The notes under the pieces: model-generated
What the model saw: the letters and a program-made list of their open reading frames with translations, nothing else
Databases searched by the model: none
Told to the model about the DNA's origin: nothing
Program-made: the position numbers and the translations under genes
In this document: in pieces, positions 20,433 through 31,227 of the stretch
Layout of the letters: each line of letters starts with the position of its first letter
Numbering within the stretch: the stretch's first letter is position 1
NCBI GenBank assembly: GCA_965219995.1
Contig: CBDCOX010000002.1
Location: 2,496,001-2,560,000 of the forward strand
DNA length: 64,000 nt
DNA from: Candidatus Latescibacterota bacterium
GTDB taxonomy: Bacteria > Latescibacterota > UBA2968 > GCA-2709665
Direction of reading: 5' to 3'

Positions 20433-22142
20433 ATGGACATACCGATTCACGACGTGCTTCTCGTAGGCGGTGGCGCGGCGGGCTTGCGCGCCGCCATCGC
20501 CGCGGCGGAAACCGATGCCGGTCTGAACGTCGCCGTCGTCTCCAAAGTCTATCCCATGCGCAGCCACACCGTCTCGGCCGAGGGCGGCGCGGCGGCCGTC
20601 ATGCGCGAGTACGACAATCTCGATCTCCACTCTTTCGACACGATCCGGGGCAGCGACTACCTGGCCGACCAGGACGTGGTCGAAGCCTTTGTAAAGGAAG
20701 CGCAGGACGAATCCATTCAGCTCGAACACTGGGGCTGCCCCTGGAGCCGGGATGAGGACGGCCGGGTCAGCGTGCGGGCTTTCGGCGGTATGAGCGTCAA
20801 GCGCACGCTCTATGCGGCCGACAAAACCGGCTTCCATATGTTGCACGCCCTGTTTCAGACCTCCCTGAAATACAACGCGGTGACCCGGTACGACGAGTGG
20901 TTTGTCACGTCTCTTCTCGTAGACGACGGAAGGGTCTGCGGCGTAGCCGCGCTGAACATGCGCACGGGCGCCATCCACGCGATCGGCGCGAAGACGGTGA
21001 TCATCTGCACCGGGGGCGGCGGCAAGATCTTCCCGTTTACCACGAATGCCGCCATCAAGAACGGCGACGGCATGGCCCTTGCCTACCGCATCGGGTGTCC
21101 ATTGAAGGACATGGAGTTCGTCCAGTACCATCCCACCGGTCTTCCCGGTACGGGTATCCTGATGACCGAGGCTTCGCGGGGGGAAGGCGGCTATCTGGTC
21201 AACAACAAGGGGGACCGCTATCTGAGCGAATACATCCCCGGGAAGATGGAACTGGGCCCGCGCGATATCCTTTCCCGCGCGTTCATGTATGAAATGCGGG
21301 AGGGCCGCGTTTTCGACGGGCCCTATGGCAACTACGTCCATCTGGACCTGAGACACCTGGGCGAGAAAGTCATCGACGAAAAGCTGCCGTTTGTCAGGGA
21401 ACTGTCCAGGAACTACGTGGGGATCGATCCGGTCCAGGACCCCATCCCCGTCCGCCCGGTGGTCCACTATATGATGGGCGGCGTCCATACCGATATCGAC
21501 GGCGTCACGCCCGTTCCGGGCCTCTACGCGGCCGGCGAAGCCGCATGCGTGAGCCTGAACGGCGCCAACCGGCTGGGGTCCAATTCCCTCACGGAATGCC
21601 TCGTTTTCGGCGCCCGTGCCGGCAAGGTCGCCGCGGAATACGCCAGCGGACAGGCGGCGCCCGGCCAGGGCACGCTCGAGAACCTCGCCAGCGACGAGCG
21701 GAAGCGCATCGAACGGACGTACCTGCAGCCGCGCAACGGCAAGGAACGCGTGGCGGACATTCGTACTGAAATGCAGGCGGCGATGGAACGCGGCGCGGGC
21801 ATCTTCCGTAATGAAGAGACGTTGAAAGAAACCTGCGAAGTCCTGAGGAAACTTCAGGAACGCTTTCGAAACGTCGGCCTGGACGATACCTCGAGCGTAT
21901 TCAACACCGAACTCACGGCGGCGCTGGAACTGGGATTCATGCTGGATGCGGCTGAAGCGCTTGCGCACGCCGCCCTGGACCGCAAGGAATCCAGGGGCTC
22001 TCACTCCCGCTCGGATTTCGAGGACCGGGACGATGAGGAATACCTGAAACACTCACTGACATACAGGACGGAAGCCGGCCCGCGCACCGACTACCTGCCC
22101 GTAACGATCACCCGCTGGCAACCCGAAGAGCGTAAGTACTGA
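20433..22142 (+). CDS. frdA: Fumarate reductase flavoprotein subunit
   Basis: [19 protein letters not shown] (covalent FAD His, FrdA-type), [21 protein letters not shown]. Confidence 0.92.
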   Translation: MDIPIHDVLLVGGGAAGLRAAIAAAETDAGLNVAVVSKVYPMRSHTVSAEGGAAAVMREYDNLDLHSFDTIRGSDYLADQDVVEAFVKEAQDESIQLEHWGCPWSRDEDGRVSVRAFGGMSVKRTLYAADKTGFHMLHALFQTSLKYNAVTRYDEWFVTSLLVDDGRVCGVAALNMRTGAIHAIGAKTVIICTGGGGKIFPFTTNAAIKNGDGMALAYRIGCPLKDMEFVQYHPTGLPGTGILMTEASRGEGGYLVNNKGDRYLSEYIPGKMELGPRDILSRAFMYEMREGRVFDGPYGNYVHLDLRHLGEKVIDEKLPFVRELSRNYVGIDPVQDPIPVRPVVHYMMGGVHTDIDGVTPVPGLYAAGEAACVSLNGANRLGSNSLTECLVFGARAGKVAAEYASGQAAPGQGTLENLASDERKRIERTYLQPRNGKERVADIRTEMQAAMERGAGIFRNEETLKETCEVLRKLQERFRNVGLDDTSSVFNTELTAALELGFMLDAAEALAHAALDRKESRGSHSRSDFEDRDDEEYLKHSLTYRTEAGPRTDYLPVTITRWQPEERKY

Positions 22143-22197
22143 CTGCAGGACGAGAGGCGCGAAACCCGGATTCCGGAACGTCCGCAAGGGGAATTCC

Positions 22198-22947
22198 ATG
22201 AGCAATGGCAAGAACATCACCATCACCGTAACCCGCTATCGCCCCGAACAGGAAGACGAACCCGTCGAACAATCCTATGATATCGAGTTTCAGGAAGACT
22301 GGGTGGTACTGGACGGGCTGAATCACATCAAGGACCACATCGACGGATCGCTCTCCTTCCGCTGGTCATGCCGGATGGGTGTCTGCGGCAGTTGCGGGAT
22401 GATGGTCAACGGCGAGCCCAAGCTCTCCTGCGCCGCCTTTCTGCGCGACTATTACCCGGGCGAAGTCCGGGTGGAGCCCCTGAACAACTTCCCCATCGTC
22501 CGGGACCTGATCATCGACATGACGGACTTCATGGACAAACTCAAGGCGGTGCAGCCCTGGATCATCCGGGAGGAAGAAAAACCGGTTTCGGAAGGGGAGT
22601 ACCTGCAGACGCCCGAGGAGCTGAAGGAATACAAGCAGTTCAGCATGTGCATCAATTGCATGCTCTGCTACGCCGCCTGCCCGGTATACGGACTCGAGAC
22701 CGAGTTCGTCGGCCCCGCGGCCATTGCCCTGGGGCACCGGTACAACCTGGACTCCCGGGACGAGGGACAGGAACGGCGTCAACACGTCATTGCAAGCACC
22801 GAGGGCATCTGGGAATGCACCTATATTGGCGAGTGCTCCGTGGTCTGCCCCAAAGACGTGGATCCCGCGGCCGCCATCCAGCGAAGCAAGGTGGCCACGA
22901 CAGGCAGCTGGTTCAAATCCGTACTCCTGCCCTGGGGGAAGAAGTAA
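22198..22947 (+). CDS. frdB: Fumarate reductase iron-sulfur subunit
   Basis: [36 protein letters not shown]. Confidence 0.92.
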   Translation: MSNGKNITITVTRYRPEQEDEPVEQSYDIEFQEDWVVLDGLNHIKDHIDGSLSFRWSCRMGVCGSCGMMVNGEPKLSCAAFLRDYYPGEVRVEPLNNFPIVRDLIIDMTDFMDKLKAVQPWIIREEEKPVSEGEYLQTPEELKEYKQFSMCINCMLCYAACPVYGLETEFVGPAAIALGHRYNLDSRDEGQERRQHVIASTEGIWECTYIGECSVVCPKDVDPAAAIQRSKVATTGSWFKSVLLPWGKK

Positions 22948-22948
22948 G

Positions 22949-23359
22949 ATGATGAGCGAACAAGAGACCGAACACAAGGCCTACGTGCGTCGCGTACCGA
23001 TCACCTGGTGGCTGCATAACCGCAGGTATTTTCTGTTTATGGTCCGGGAATCGACCAGCGTGTTCATCGCCCTGTTTGTCCTGGTATACCTGTACCAGCT
23101 CTTTCTGATCTCCAGAGGCGCGGAAGTTCACGATCTGTTTCAGGAATCGCTCCGGTCCGTTCCCTTCGTCGTGGGCTATGTCATCGTGCTTCTGTTCGCG
23201 CTTTACCACAGCATCACCTGGCTGGGTCTGGTTTCCAGGATTCAGATCGTTCGCCTCGGCCGCCTGACGGTACCGCCCTTTCTCGTGGGGCTGGGCGCCT
23301 ATCTTTCCTGGATCGTTGCGTCGGCCGTCGTCGCCTGGCTGATTTTGAACCTGGCGTAG
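22949..23359 (+). CDS. frdC: Fumarate reductase membrane anchor subunit C
   Basis: YVRRVPITWW...FMVRESTSV resembles FrdC; three TM helices. Confidence 0.85.
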   Translation: MMSEQETEHKAYVRRVPITWWLHNRRYFLFMVRESTSVFIALFVLVYLYQLFLISRGAEVHDLFQESLRSVPFVVGYVIVLLFALYHSITWLGLVSRIQIVRLGRLTVPPFLVGLGAYLSWIVASAVVAWLILNLA

Positions 23360-23368
23360 GAGGAGTCC

Positions 23369-23725
23369 GTGTACAAGGAAGACAGATCCGAACCCTTCTG
23401 GTGGGGCATGTTCTCGCTGGGCGGCGTGGTTGCCGCGCTGCTGATACCCGTCCACGTCTTTTTCATCGGGCTGGCCGTTCCGCTCGGCCTGATCGACAAG
23501 AGCCTGCTCGAGTTCAGCCGGATGAAATCCCTGCTTGCAAATCCGCTGGTGAAAGTCTACCTCTTTGCCCTCGTTGTCCTTCCGCTTTTTCACGCCGCGC
23601 ACCGCATTCGCTTTTCGCTGCACGAAATGGGCATCCGGAGATTGCTGATTTCGCTGGACGTCCTCTGCTATGGCGGCGCCCTCGTGGGTACGGCCGTAAC
23701 GCTGTACGTTCTGTTGGTAATTTAG
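23369..23725 (+). CDS. frdD: Fumarate reductase membrane anchor subunit D
   Basis: RSEPFWWGMFSLGG, HAAHRI; GTG start after AGGAGG. Confidence 0.85.
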   Translation: MYKEDRSEPFWWGMFSLGGVVAALLIPVHVFFIGLAVPLGLIDKSLLEFSRMKSLLANPLVKVYLFALVVLPLFHAAHRIRFSLHEMGIRRLLISLDVLCYGGALVGTAVTLYVLLVI

Positions 23726-23794
23726 AGCCGGGTCCGAAAAGAACCTGTATCTTGGGGCCGGCGAAGCCGGACGTATCGAAGTTCGAGACCGCCT

Positions 23795-25117
23795 ATGAAA
23801 CCGGCATCCGTCAACCCGTCGTCGGCCGCCGTACGGAAGGTGCTCACCTGGTGCGGCGCGTTTTCGGTTCTCTGGCCGGCCACCCACGCGGCGGGTGACC
23901 CTCCGGACACCGTCTTCGGGCAAGTGCGCGCTTCGGTTGTCGTTCTGGACGTGGAAAGAAGCGACGGTTCCCGGAACCGTGGACTGGGTTTCCTGGCCAT
24001 AGACAGCCGAATTGCGGTTACGACGTGGGATCTGGTCGACGATGCGGTCCGGGTTGTCGCCAGATTCGAATCCGGCGAGGAGTTCGGGGTTTCGGGCGTT
24101 GTCGACAAGGACGAGAAACGAAACGTCGCGCTGGTTCGAATCAAGGTCTTCGGCAGGCCGTTACTCGAACTGGACGCGCGCGACCCGGTTGACACCGAAA
24201 AAACCTACATTGTCGACGCGGTCGAGGGGGGAACGTTCAACCTCGTTGACGGCAGGCTGAATCCGCCCGAGATCGTCGACGGCGTCAGGACCTATCCTCT
24301 GGACGCCGCCGTGTCCGCCAGCGGCAGCGGTGCGCCGCTCCTGGACGAATCCGGCCGCGTGATCGGCGTCGTATCGAATCGGTCGCGTGAAGATCGCGTA
24401 TCCGGACGGGCGATTCCATCCGCCTACGCGCTTGGACTGGATCACACCCTGCCCACCCGTCCCTGGGAGAGGATCGCCCCACCCGCAACGCCTCCGTCTC
24501 CGGCGCACGCTCCCGCGGATGTGCCGGCGCCGCCGGATCCCAACGGCATCCGCTTTCGCTTCTACCGGGCTGAGAAACAGAGATTCAGCGACGTCAACCG
24601 GAACCTCTGGACGGATTCGATACAGTGGTGGGTTGGGAATATCCAGGAAAAGTGCGGCGGGAACCCGCGCGTCGACAACGTGGAAGACAGGGGTGTGGAT
24701 GCGGTAACGATTCCATCCGAAAAGGCGCGGTTCACAACCCGGACAACCGGATGGGATTCCTGGGTGCTGGGCACAGCCGCGCTGAAAGAATTGATCGCCG
24801 CTACCGGACGGACCCGTGACTTTCACATCGGCGTTTTTCAGGAAGTCAAGTACAAGCCGTCGCCCGAGGAGAAGTCCCGGGCCGTAGCAGGGATCCACGT
24901 CCCGTCCAACGTCCTGGCGCTTTACTTCAAGGCCACCCGGATCGAGGAAGACGAACGCGCTCACTTCATCGGCTACCTCTTCGGCCTCGACAGCGGCGAC
25001 GGCGGCGTGATGTCCTCCAGATATCCCCGCGGGCCCGGCTCGCCCCCCGCCTACGGCAACATGACCGCATGGCCGGCGCACTGGTGCGGGAAAATCGCCG
25101 GATATCTCGATCAATAG
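23795..25117 (+). CDS. Secreted trypsin-like (S1C) domain + degenerate zincin-like domain protein
   Basis: Signal peptide; GLGF...SGSGAPLLDESGRVIGV; Pro-rich linker; RAHFIGYLFGL...GVMS. Confidence 0.7.
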   Translation: MKPASVNPSSAAVRKVLTWCGAFSVLWPATHAAGDPPDTVFGQVRASVVVLDVERSDGSRNRGLGFLAIDSRIAVTTWDLVDDAVRVVARFESGEEFGVSGVVDKDEKRNVALVRIKVFGRPLLELDARDPVDTEKTYIVDAVEGGTFNLVDGRLNPPEIVDGVRTYPLDAAVSASGSGAPLLDESGRVIGVVSNRSREDRVSGRAIPSAYALGLDHTLPTRPWERIAPPATPPSPAHAPADVPAPPDPNGIRFRFYRAEKQRFSDVNRNLWTDSIQWWVGNIQEKCGGNPRVDNVEDRGVDAVTIPSEKARFTTRTTGWDSWVLGTAALKELIAATGRTRDFHIGVFQEVKYKPSPEEKSRAVAGIHVPSNVLALYFKATRIEEDERAHFIGYLFGLDSGDGGVMSSRYPRGPGSPPAYGNMTAWPAHWCGKIAGYLDQ

Positions 25118-25130
25118 GATGCTGGAGGCG

Positions 25131-25171
25131 ATAAGAAAGGCCCGGCAGTATTCCTGCCGGGCCTTTCTTAT
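25131..25171. terminator. Bidirectional rho-independent terminator
   Basis: ATAAGAAAGGCCCGGCAG-tattc-CTGCCGGGCCTTTCTTAT perfect inverted repeat between convergent genes. Confidence 0.85.
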
Positions 25172-25226
25172 ATTTGACCATCACAGTCTACAGGGCGACG
25201 CGAATCGACGCGCGCCGCCGCCGGCA

Positions 25227-26621
25227 TCAGGCGCCGGGACCCGTCATTTTCTCCGGACGGACGGCGGCGTCGAACGCTTCACCGTCCATCAGATCGAGCG
25301 CCATCGCGGATTCCCGAAGGGTCAGATTCTCGTCGAATGCCTTCTTCGCCACCTTTGCCGCATTGTCGTATCCGATCTGAGGATTCAGTGCCGTGACGAG
25401 CATGAGCGACCGTTCCAGATGGTTCCGGATGTTCTCCCGGTTCGGTTCAATGCCCACCGCGCAGTGATCGTTGAACGCCGCACAGGCATCCGCCAGCAGC
25501 CGGACCGACTGCAGCAGATTGTAGACGATCAGCGGTTTGAACACGTTCAGTTCGAAATTCCCCGAAGATCCGCCCACCGCAATCGCCGTATCGTTCCCGA
25601 TCACCTGCCCGGCCACCATGGTCATCGCTTCGCACTGCGTGGGGTTCACCTTCCCCGGCATGATCGAACTGCCCGGTTCGTTGGCCGGGAGCGTCAACTC
25701 GCCGACGCCGCACCGCGGCCCCGAAGCCAGCCATCGCGTGTCGTTGGCTATTTTCATCAGCGAGCAGGCCAGCGTTTTCAGTGCGCCGCTCGTTTCAACC
25801 ATCGCGTCGTGGGCCGCCAGCGCCTCGAACTTGTTGCCGGCCGATACAAACGGATGGCCTGCCAATTCGGCAATCCGCGAGGCGGCCCGGTCGGCAAACT
25901 CCGGATGCGTATTCAGCCCGGTACCGACCGCCGTGCCGCCCAGCGCGAGCTCATACAGATTCGGCAGGCATCGCTCAACGCGCTCCAGGCCTTTCGTCAA
26001 CTGGGTCACGTATCCGGAGAATTCCTGGCTGAGCGTGAGTGGAACGGCGTCCATCAGATGCGTGCGTCCGATCTTTATGATGTCCTCGAATTCGTCCGCT
26101 TTGGCTGCCAGTGTATCCCGCAGCTGTCCGACCATCGGAATCAGCCGTCCGTGAATCTCGCAAACGGCCGCAATATGCATTGCCGCGGGAAACGTGTCGT
26201 TCGACGACTGCGCCATGTTGACGTCGTCGTTCGGGTGAATCGGATCCTTGCTGCCCATCCGCCCGCCGGCAATCTGAATGGCCCGGTTGGAAATGACTTC
26301 ATTGGCGTTCATATTCGTCTGGGTGCCGCTTCCCGTCTGCCAGATCCGCAGCGGAAAGTGGTCGTTCAGCGTACCCTCGATGACTTCGTCGGCCGCACGC
26401 ACAATGAGGTCCGCCTTTTCCGGCGGGAGCTTTCCCAGGTCCCGATTCACCAGTACGGCCGCTTTCTTCAGAATGCCGAACGCCTTGATCAGCTCCCCGG
26501 GCATGCGCTCTTCGCCAATGTCGAAATGAATCAGCGCCCTGGCCGTCTGGGCGCCGTAATACCGGTCGTCCCGAACCTGAATCTCTCCCATGCTGTCCGT
26601 TTCGATTCTGTATCCCGCCAT
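25227..26621 (-). CDS. fumC: Class II fumarate hydratase
   Basis: [35 protein letters not shown]. Confidence 0.97.
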   Translation of the reverse strand: MAGYRIETDSMGEIQVRDDRYYGAQTARALIHFDIGEERMPGELIKAFGILKKAAVLVNRDLGKLPPEKADLIVRAADEVIEGTLNDHFPLRIWQTGSGTQTNMNANEVISNRAIQIAGGRMGSKDPIHPNDDVNMAQSSNDTFPAAMHIAAVCEIHGRLIPMVGQLRDTLAAKADEFEDIIKIGRTHLMDAVPLTLSQEFSGYVTQLTKGLERVERCLPNLYELALGGTAVGTGLNTHPEFADRAASRIAELAGHPFVSAGNKFEALAAHDAMVETSGALKTLACSLMKIANDTRWLASGPRCGVGELTLPANEPGSSIMPGKVNPTQCEAMTMVAGQVIGNDTAIAVGGSSGNFELNVFKPLIVYNLLQSVRLLADACAAFNDHCAVGIEPNRENIRNHLERSLMLVTALNPQIGYDNAAKVAKKAFDENLTLRESAMALDLMDGEAFDAAVRPEKMTGPGA

Positions 26622-26978
26622 CTTTCCTTCTCCTCAAGGATTGCGTGTTGATGCGAAACCTGTGTCCCGTCCCGGAACGATGTCACCGCCTGTCCGCCCA
26701 TTCATCCCGTCCCGCTGCGGCGCCGCGCACTCCAAGATACAAAAACAGTACATTCCCGGCAACCCCATCCCGTGCTTGCGGCGCCATCATTAAGAAATAT
26801 AACAGGATGTATTATTTTCTTGCTTTTAAAATTAATCTTGCTTATTTTTAACGTTTGCTTTCCCAACACATTCCGCGAGGTGTTCCGCGCACGGAGACCA
26901 CCTCGGCCGTTTTCCGTTTCCGACCTGGGTTCAACGGGAAGAAACGGTTGATGCGAATTTCAACAAGGAGACGTTTGC

Positions 26979-27896
26979 GTGCTGATCCAGAGTCTGAAGA
27001 TCTTCTGCGACCTCATCGATACCCAGAGTTTTTCGAAGACGGCCGTTCTCAATGGCGTTACGCAATCCGCCGTCAGCCAGCAGATCAAAAGCATCGAGAA
27101 TCGCCAGGGCAAACCGTTGCTGGAACGGCATAAGCGCAAGATCGGTCTCACAAAAGAGGGGGAGGTGTTTTATAAGGGCGCCGGTGACATTGTCAGGCGC
27201 TACGATGAGATGTTACAACGCGTGGAAGCTCTGGACGGCGTGGTGTCGGGTACGGTTCGCCTGTCGGCCATTTACAGCGTAGGCATGCGCGAACTCGGGC
27301 CGTACCTCAAGACCTACCTCAAGGCCTACCCCAGGGTCAACTTCCGCCTGGCCTACAACCACACCCCGCGTATCTACGACGACGTTGCCAGCGGCGAGAT
27401 CGACTTCGGCGTGGTCGCCTTCCCCAGGCCCCACCGGAATATAAAGATCATCCCCTTCTCCGAAGACAACATGGTGGTGGCATGCCCGCCCTCGAACCCG
27501 CTTGCAGCGCGAGACCACGTGGACGTTAACCACATCGGCGATCATCCGCTGATCCTCTTCTCCCAGGAGACCCACACCCGGCATGCGCTCGACCAGTTCT
27601 TCCGCAAACACCGCATCCAACCCAACATTGTCATGGAATTCGATCATATCGATACGATAAAGGATGCCGTCGAAGTCGACCTCGGCATCTCGCTTCTGCC
27701 CGAACACTCGGTTGACCTGGAACACAGGGAAGGCAGTCTAAAGGCGCTCGCCATCAAGGGCGACGTGCTCACCAGGCCCCTGGGCATCCTGCACAAACGC
27801 GGCCGCAGCCTTTCGGTGGCCGCCCGAAAACTCCTCGACGTGCTCAAAAACGGGAAAGCCCCGGCCGGCGACTCGCAGGCGTCTGCTGCCGGATAA
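26979..27896 (+). CDS. LysR family transcriptional regulator, divergent from fumC
   Basis: N-terminal HTH SFSKTA..GVTQSAVSQQIK; AT-rich intergenic region 26790-26860. Confidence 0.93.
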   Translation: MLIQSLKIFCDLIDTQSFSKTAVLNGVTQSAVSQQIKSIENRQGKPLLERHKRKIGLTKEGEVFYKGAGDIVRRYDEMLQRVEALDGVVSGTVRLSAIYSVGMRELGPYLKTYLKAYPRVNFRLAYNHTPRIYDDVASGEIDFGVVAFPRPHRNIKIIPFSEDNMVVACPPSNPLAARDHVDVNHIGDHPLILFSQETHTRHALDQFFRKHRIQPNIVMEFDHIDTIKDAVEVDLGISLLPEHSVDLEHREGSLKALAIKGDVLTRPLGILHKRGRSLSVAARKLLDVLKNGKAPAGDSQASAAG

Positions 27897-28012
27897 GCTC
27901 CGATCGGGTGGCCGCCGGTCCGGTTTGCGCCGTCGGGCCGATTCCGGCTTCCCCTTCCCGAAATCAACGAACATTCGCGTCAGATCTCAAGGGCGGACGT
28001 CGCTTCGAAACG

Positions 28013-28717
28013 TCACGTTGCACGGCCGTCGCCCGCGACGATCTCCTGAATCAGGAATCGAAGGAACCGGACGCCCGTCCGGAAAGAAGGCGCTTTCGAT
28101 TCTCCGCCTACCCGGTTTCCCTCCCACGTCGGAATCTCCTCGATCCGCATTTCTTGCTTCATCGCACGGATCGTCATTTCGTATTCGATCGTATACCCCA
28201 TCGATCCGGGATTGAGCCTCAGGAACGCTTCCCGCGTAACCCCTCGAAACCCGTTGATGGTGTCCGTCACGTACGATCCCCGATTCCAGAGTCGATTGGC
28301 GATCCATGTAAACACCTGGTTCGTCCACTTTCTCAGCGGCAGCGCGTCGCCGTCCTCCTCGTTCCGGGAGCCCGGCATGAAACGGGACGCAATCGCCATA
28401 TCGGCGCCGTTTTCGATCGCGGTGAAGAGCCTGGGGATGTCGTCCGGGTCTTCATTGCCGTCGGGACTGAAGAAAACCAGGCTCTCGCCGTTCGACGCCC
28501 GGACCGCTGCGCGAAACGCCTCGCCCCTCCCCCGGTGTTGCTGGTCGACCAGGCGGATCTGACGGGACGCCAGGAGTTCCCGGGTACCGTCCGTGGACCC
28601 GCCGTCCACGGCGAACACTTCGTCGGCCATCCGGGCAAGATCCGGACCGGCTGAGAACAGCCAGCGTACCCCGTCGACCTCATCGAGCGTAAGCAGAACA
28701 AGCGTTCGGCCGGCCAT
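28013..28717 (-). CDS. Glycosyltransferase family 2
   Basis: VDGGSTDGT, GRGEA, SPDG, ASRF, TDTINGFR. Confidence 0.9.
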   Translation of the reverse strand: MAGRTLVLLTLDEVDGVRWLFSAGPDLARMADEVFAVDGGSTDGTRELLASRQIRLVDQQHRGRGEAFRAAVRASNGESLVFFSPDGNEDPDDIPRLFTAIENGADMAIASRFMPGSRNEEDGDALPLRKWTNQVFTWIANRLWNRGSYVTDTINGFRGVTREAFLRLNPGSMGYTIEYEMTIRAMKQEMRIEEIPTWEGNRVGGESKAPSFRTGVRFLRFLIQEIVAGDGRAT

Positions 28718-28756
28718 AGGTTACCCTTAATCAGGAAATTCGCTGGTGTTCCGTGA

Positions 28757-28863
28757 CCTCTCCCCCCGGCCCCTCTCCCACGGGGAGAGGGGGAGCAAGA
28801 AAGGGAGTATATCAAGGGATGGCAGTTTCCCCCTTCCTTCAGGAAGGGGGTCAGGGGGTAGGT
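28757..28863. repeat. REP doublet (REPIN-like) overlapping the 3' end of the aminotransferase gene
   Basis: CCCTCTCCCACGGGGAGAGGG and CCCTTCCTTCAGGAAGGG hairpins in an inverted arrangement. Confidence 0.75.
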
Positions 28864-30062
28864 CCGCCCTTGTAGAAACGACCGAACAGTTCCACGATAC
28901 GATCCAGGTCGGCCGATGTGAGGTCCTGGTGGCAACCGATGTAGAATCCGCTCCTGTTGATCCATCCGGCAACGGGATAATCCGCCTCGCCAATGCCCAG
29001 CAGACGCTGGTAGAGCGGCTGATTGGTCAGCGGGAGCATCTCGCGCGTCTCAACCCCGTTCTGCTCCAGGAAATTCACGAATGCGTCCTTTTTCCGGTCC
29101 CTCAGGACAATCGGATACATCATGAATGAATGTTCGCAACCCGGTCGAATCCGGGGAAGCTGCAGAAACGCTTCGTGTTCGGCCAGACCCCGGGTCAGAC
29201 AGGCGGCATGCTTCCGCCGGCTGGCGATCATTTCGGTCGCGACCTCGAGTTGCGCAAGGCCAAGAGCGGCCTCCAACTCGGTCAATCGGAAACTGTACCC
29301 GAGACTGACGAAAGAAAACCGCCGGGCCACGATCTCGCGCAGTTCCTCCGGCGATTTCCTGTCGTCGTCATCTATATTCAGGTACGTCGAATCCCGCCCG
29401 TGGTTGATCAGCGATCTCAGCTTTTTCGCAACCCCGGGATCGTCGGTCGTATTCAATCCTCCCACGCCCGTTGTCAGCAGGTGCGCCGCATAGGTGGAAA
29501 AACAACCGATGTCGCCGAGACTTCCGACGCTGCGGCCCTTGTATCCCGCGAACATGGTCTCGGCCGAGTCTTCGATGACCCGAAGACCGTACCGCCGCGC
29601 AAGTTCGAGGACAGGATCCATGTCGCACGGCTGCCCGAAGACGTGGACGGGAATGATCGCCCTTGTGCGAGGCGTGACCGCGGCCTCGATCTTTTCCGGG
29701 TCCAGATCGTAGCAGTGTGGATCGACGTCCACCAGCACCGGGCGCATCCGTGCGTGGAAGACGATATTTGCCGTACCCGCGAACGTCACCGCGGGCAGGA
29801 CCACCTCGTCCCCGTCATCCCAGCCATGCAATTCCTTCAGCGCGGCCAGAGCCACCAGCAGGGCGCTCGTCCCGCTGTTGCTCATCACGCCGAACCGACA
29901 CCCGTGGGCGCGTGCGAATCCTTCCTCGAACGTCTGTGTCATCGGACCGTAAGACAGCCGGTTGCTGTCCAGGACCTCATTGACCAGGGCCCGGGCCCGT
30001 GGACTGATGTTCATCGTCCCGACGCCGATTACCCGCGGCCGGCTATCGCGACCTTCCGACAC
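28851..30062 (-). CDS. DegT/DnrJ/EryC1/StrS family nucleotide-sugar aminotransferase/dehydratase
   Basis: NSGTSAL, IEDSAE, FSTYAAHLLTTGVGG; His at the usual PLP-Lys position, as in ColD/E1-type dehydratases. Confidence 0.88.
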   Translation of the reverse strand: MSEGRDSRPRVIGVGTMNISPRARALVNEVLDSNRLSYGPMTQTFEEGFARAHGCRFGVMSNSGTSALLVALAALKELHGWDDGDEVVLPAVTFAGTANIVFHARMRPVLVDVDPHCYDLDPEKIEAAVTPRTRAIIPVHVFGQPCDMDPVLELARRYGLRVIEDSAETMFAGYKGRSVGSLGDIGCFSTYAAHLLTTGVGGLNTTDDPGVAKKLRSLINHGRDSTYLNIDDDDRKSPEELREIVARRFSFVSLGYSFRLTELEAALGLAQLEVATEMIASRRKHAACLTRGLAEHEAFLQLPRIRPGCEHSFMMYPIVLRDRKKDAFVNFLEQNGVETREMLPLTNQPLYQRLLGIGEADYPVAGWINRSGFYIGCHQDLTSADLDRIVELFGRFYKGGPTP

Positions 30063-30113
30063 GTCGTACCCGCCTCCGTTGTTCTGCCCTGTTTCCTGTG
30101 GTCCTGCACGGAT

Positions 30114-31058
30114 TCACGCGCTGCGCGGCTGCTTCCCGACCCACGAAATCATGCGGCGAAGCCCTTCATCCAGAGAGGTGGCGGCGTCGAATCCGAAATG
30201 CCGTTTCGCCCGCGTCACGTCCACGCATCGCCGCGGCTGCCCGTTCGGCCTGGTCGTATCCCAGCGAACCCGCCCGGCGAATCCCGTAAGGCCGCGGATC
30301 TTACCGGCGAGGTCGCGGATTGAGATCTCCACTCCCGATCCCAGGTTGACCGGTTCGGGCAGATCGTATCGTTCAGACGCGAGCAATACGCCCTCCGCGG
30401 CGTCCTCGACGTACAGAAACTCACGCGTGGGCGAACCGTCTCCCCACAGGGTGACGTGGCCGAGTCCCAGATTCCGGGCATCCACGAACTTTCGCACGAT
30501 GGACGCAAGTCCGTGGGACGTCTCCGGATCCAGGCTCTCTCCCGGTCCGTAGAGGTTCGACAGAAGCAGATGTATCGCGTTGTATCCGTACTCCGCCCGG
30601 TACGCCTGGCTCTGAACCAGCATCATCTTCTTGGCCAGGCCATAGGCCGCGTTCGTCTCTTCCGGATACCCGTCCCACAGGTTCTCCTCCCTGAAGGGAA
30701 CGGGCGTGGACTTCGGATAGGCGCATACCGATCCGATACCCACGAACTTGGGTACCTCGAACCTGCGGGCGCCTTCGAGCAGATGCGCGCCCATGGCCAG
30801 ATTGTCGTAGAAAAAACGGCCTGGATACCGCTGATTGGCGCCAATGCCGCCAACGGAACCCGCCAGGTGAATCACCAGGTCGGGCCGCGTTGTCTCATAC
30901 AGGCGGCGTACGGCTTCCTGTTCCCGCAGGTCATAGTCCCGGCTGCGCGGCGCGAATACCTGACGACAGCCCCGATCGCGCAGTTTCCGTACGACGTGCC
31001 GCCCCAGAAAGCCGGCGCCGCCGGTCACCGCAACCCTTTTGTCGGTCCAGAAACCCAT
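30114..31058 (-). CDS. fcl: GDP-L-fucose synthase (or related GDP-4-keto-6-deoxy-sugar epimerase/reductase)
   Basis: [38 protein letters not shown]. Confidence 0.88.
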   Translation of the reverse strand: MGFWTDKRVAVTGGAGFLGRHVVRKLRDRGCRQVFAPRSRDYDLREQEAVRRLYETTRPDLVIHLAGSVGGIGANQRYPGRFFYDNLAMGAHLLEGARRFEVPKFVGIGSVCAYPKSTPVPFREENLWDGYPEETNAAYGLAKKMMLVQSQAYRAEYGYNAIHLLLSNLYGPGESLDPETSHGLASIVRKFVDARNLGLGHVTLWGDGSPTREFLYVEDAAEGVLLASERYDLPEPVNLGSGVEISIRDLAGKIRGLTGFAGRVRWDTTRPNGQPRRCVDVTRAKRHFGFDAATSLDEGLRRMISWVGKQPRSA

Positions 31059-31227
31059 GCCGCGGTCCTCGCCGTCTTCCGATGGTTCCGTCGGGGAAAG
31101 GCCCTCTACCAAGTACCGGAACACCACGCACAGAATGGCCGAATAATTGGCGAGACTAAGGCCTTGGGAGCCATTGCGATGGTCCAATTATTCGAAAGCT
31201 GCACTCATCACCTCTTGCATCTGGCGA

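Noticed and set aside
20034-22052. 672-aa antisense ORF
   Set aside because: Shadow of frdA on the opposite strand, typical of high-GC codon bias; no recognisable motifs
25119-26651. 510-aa plus-strand ORF
   Set aside because: Antisense shadow of fumC
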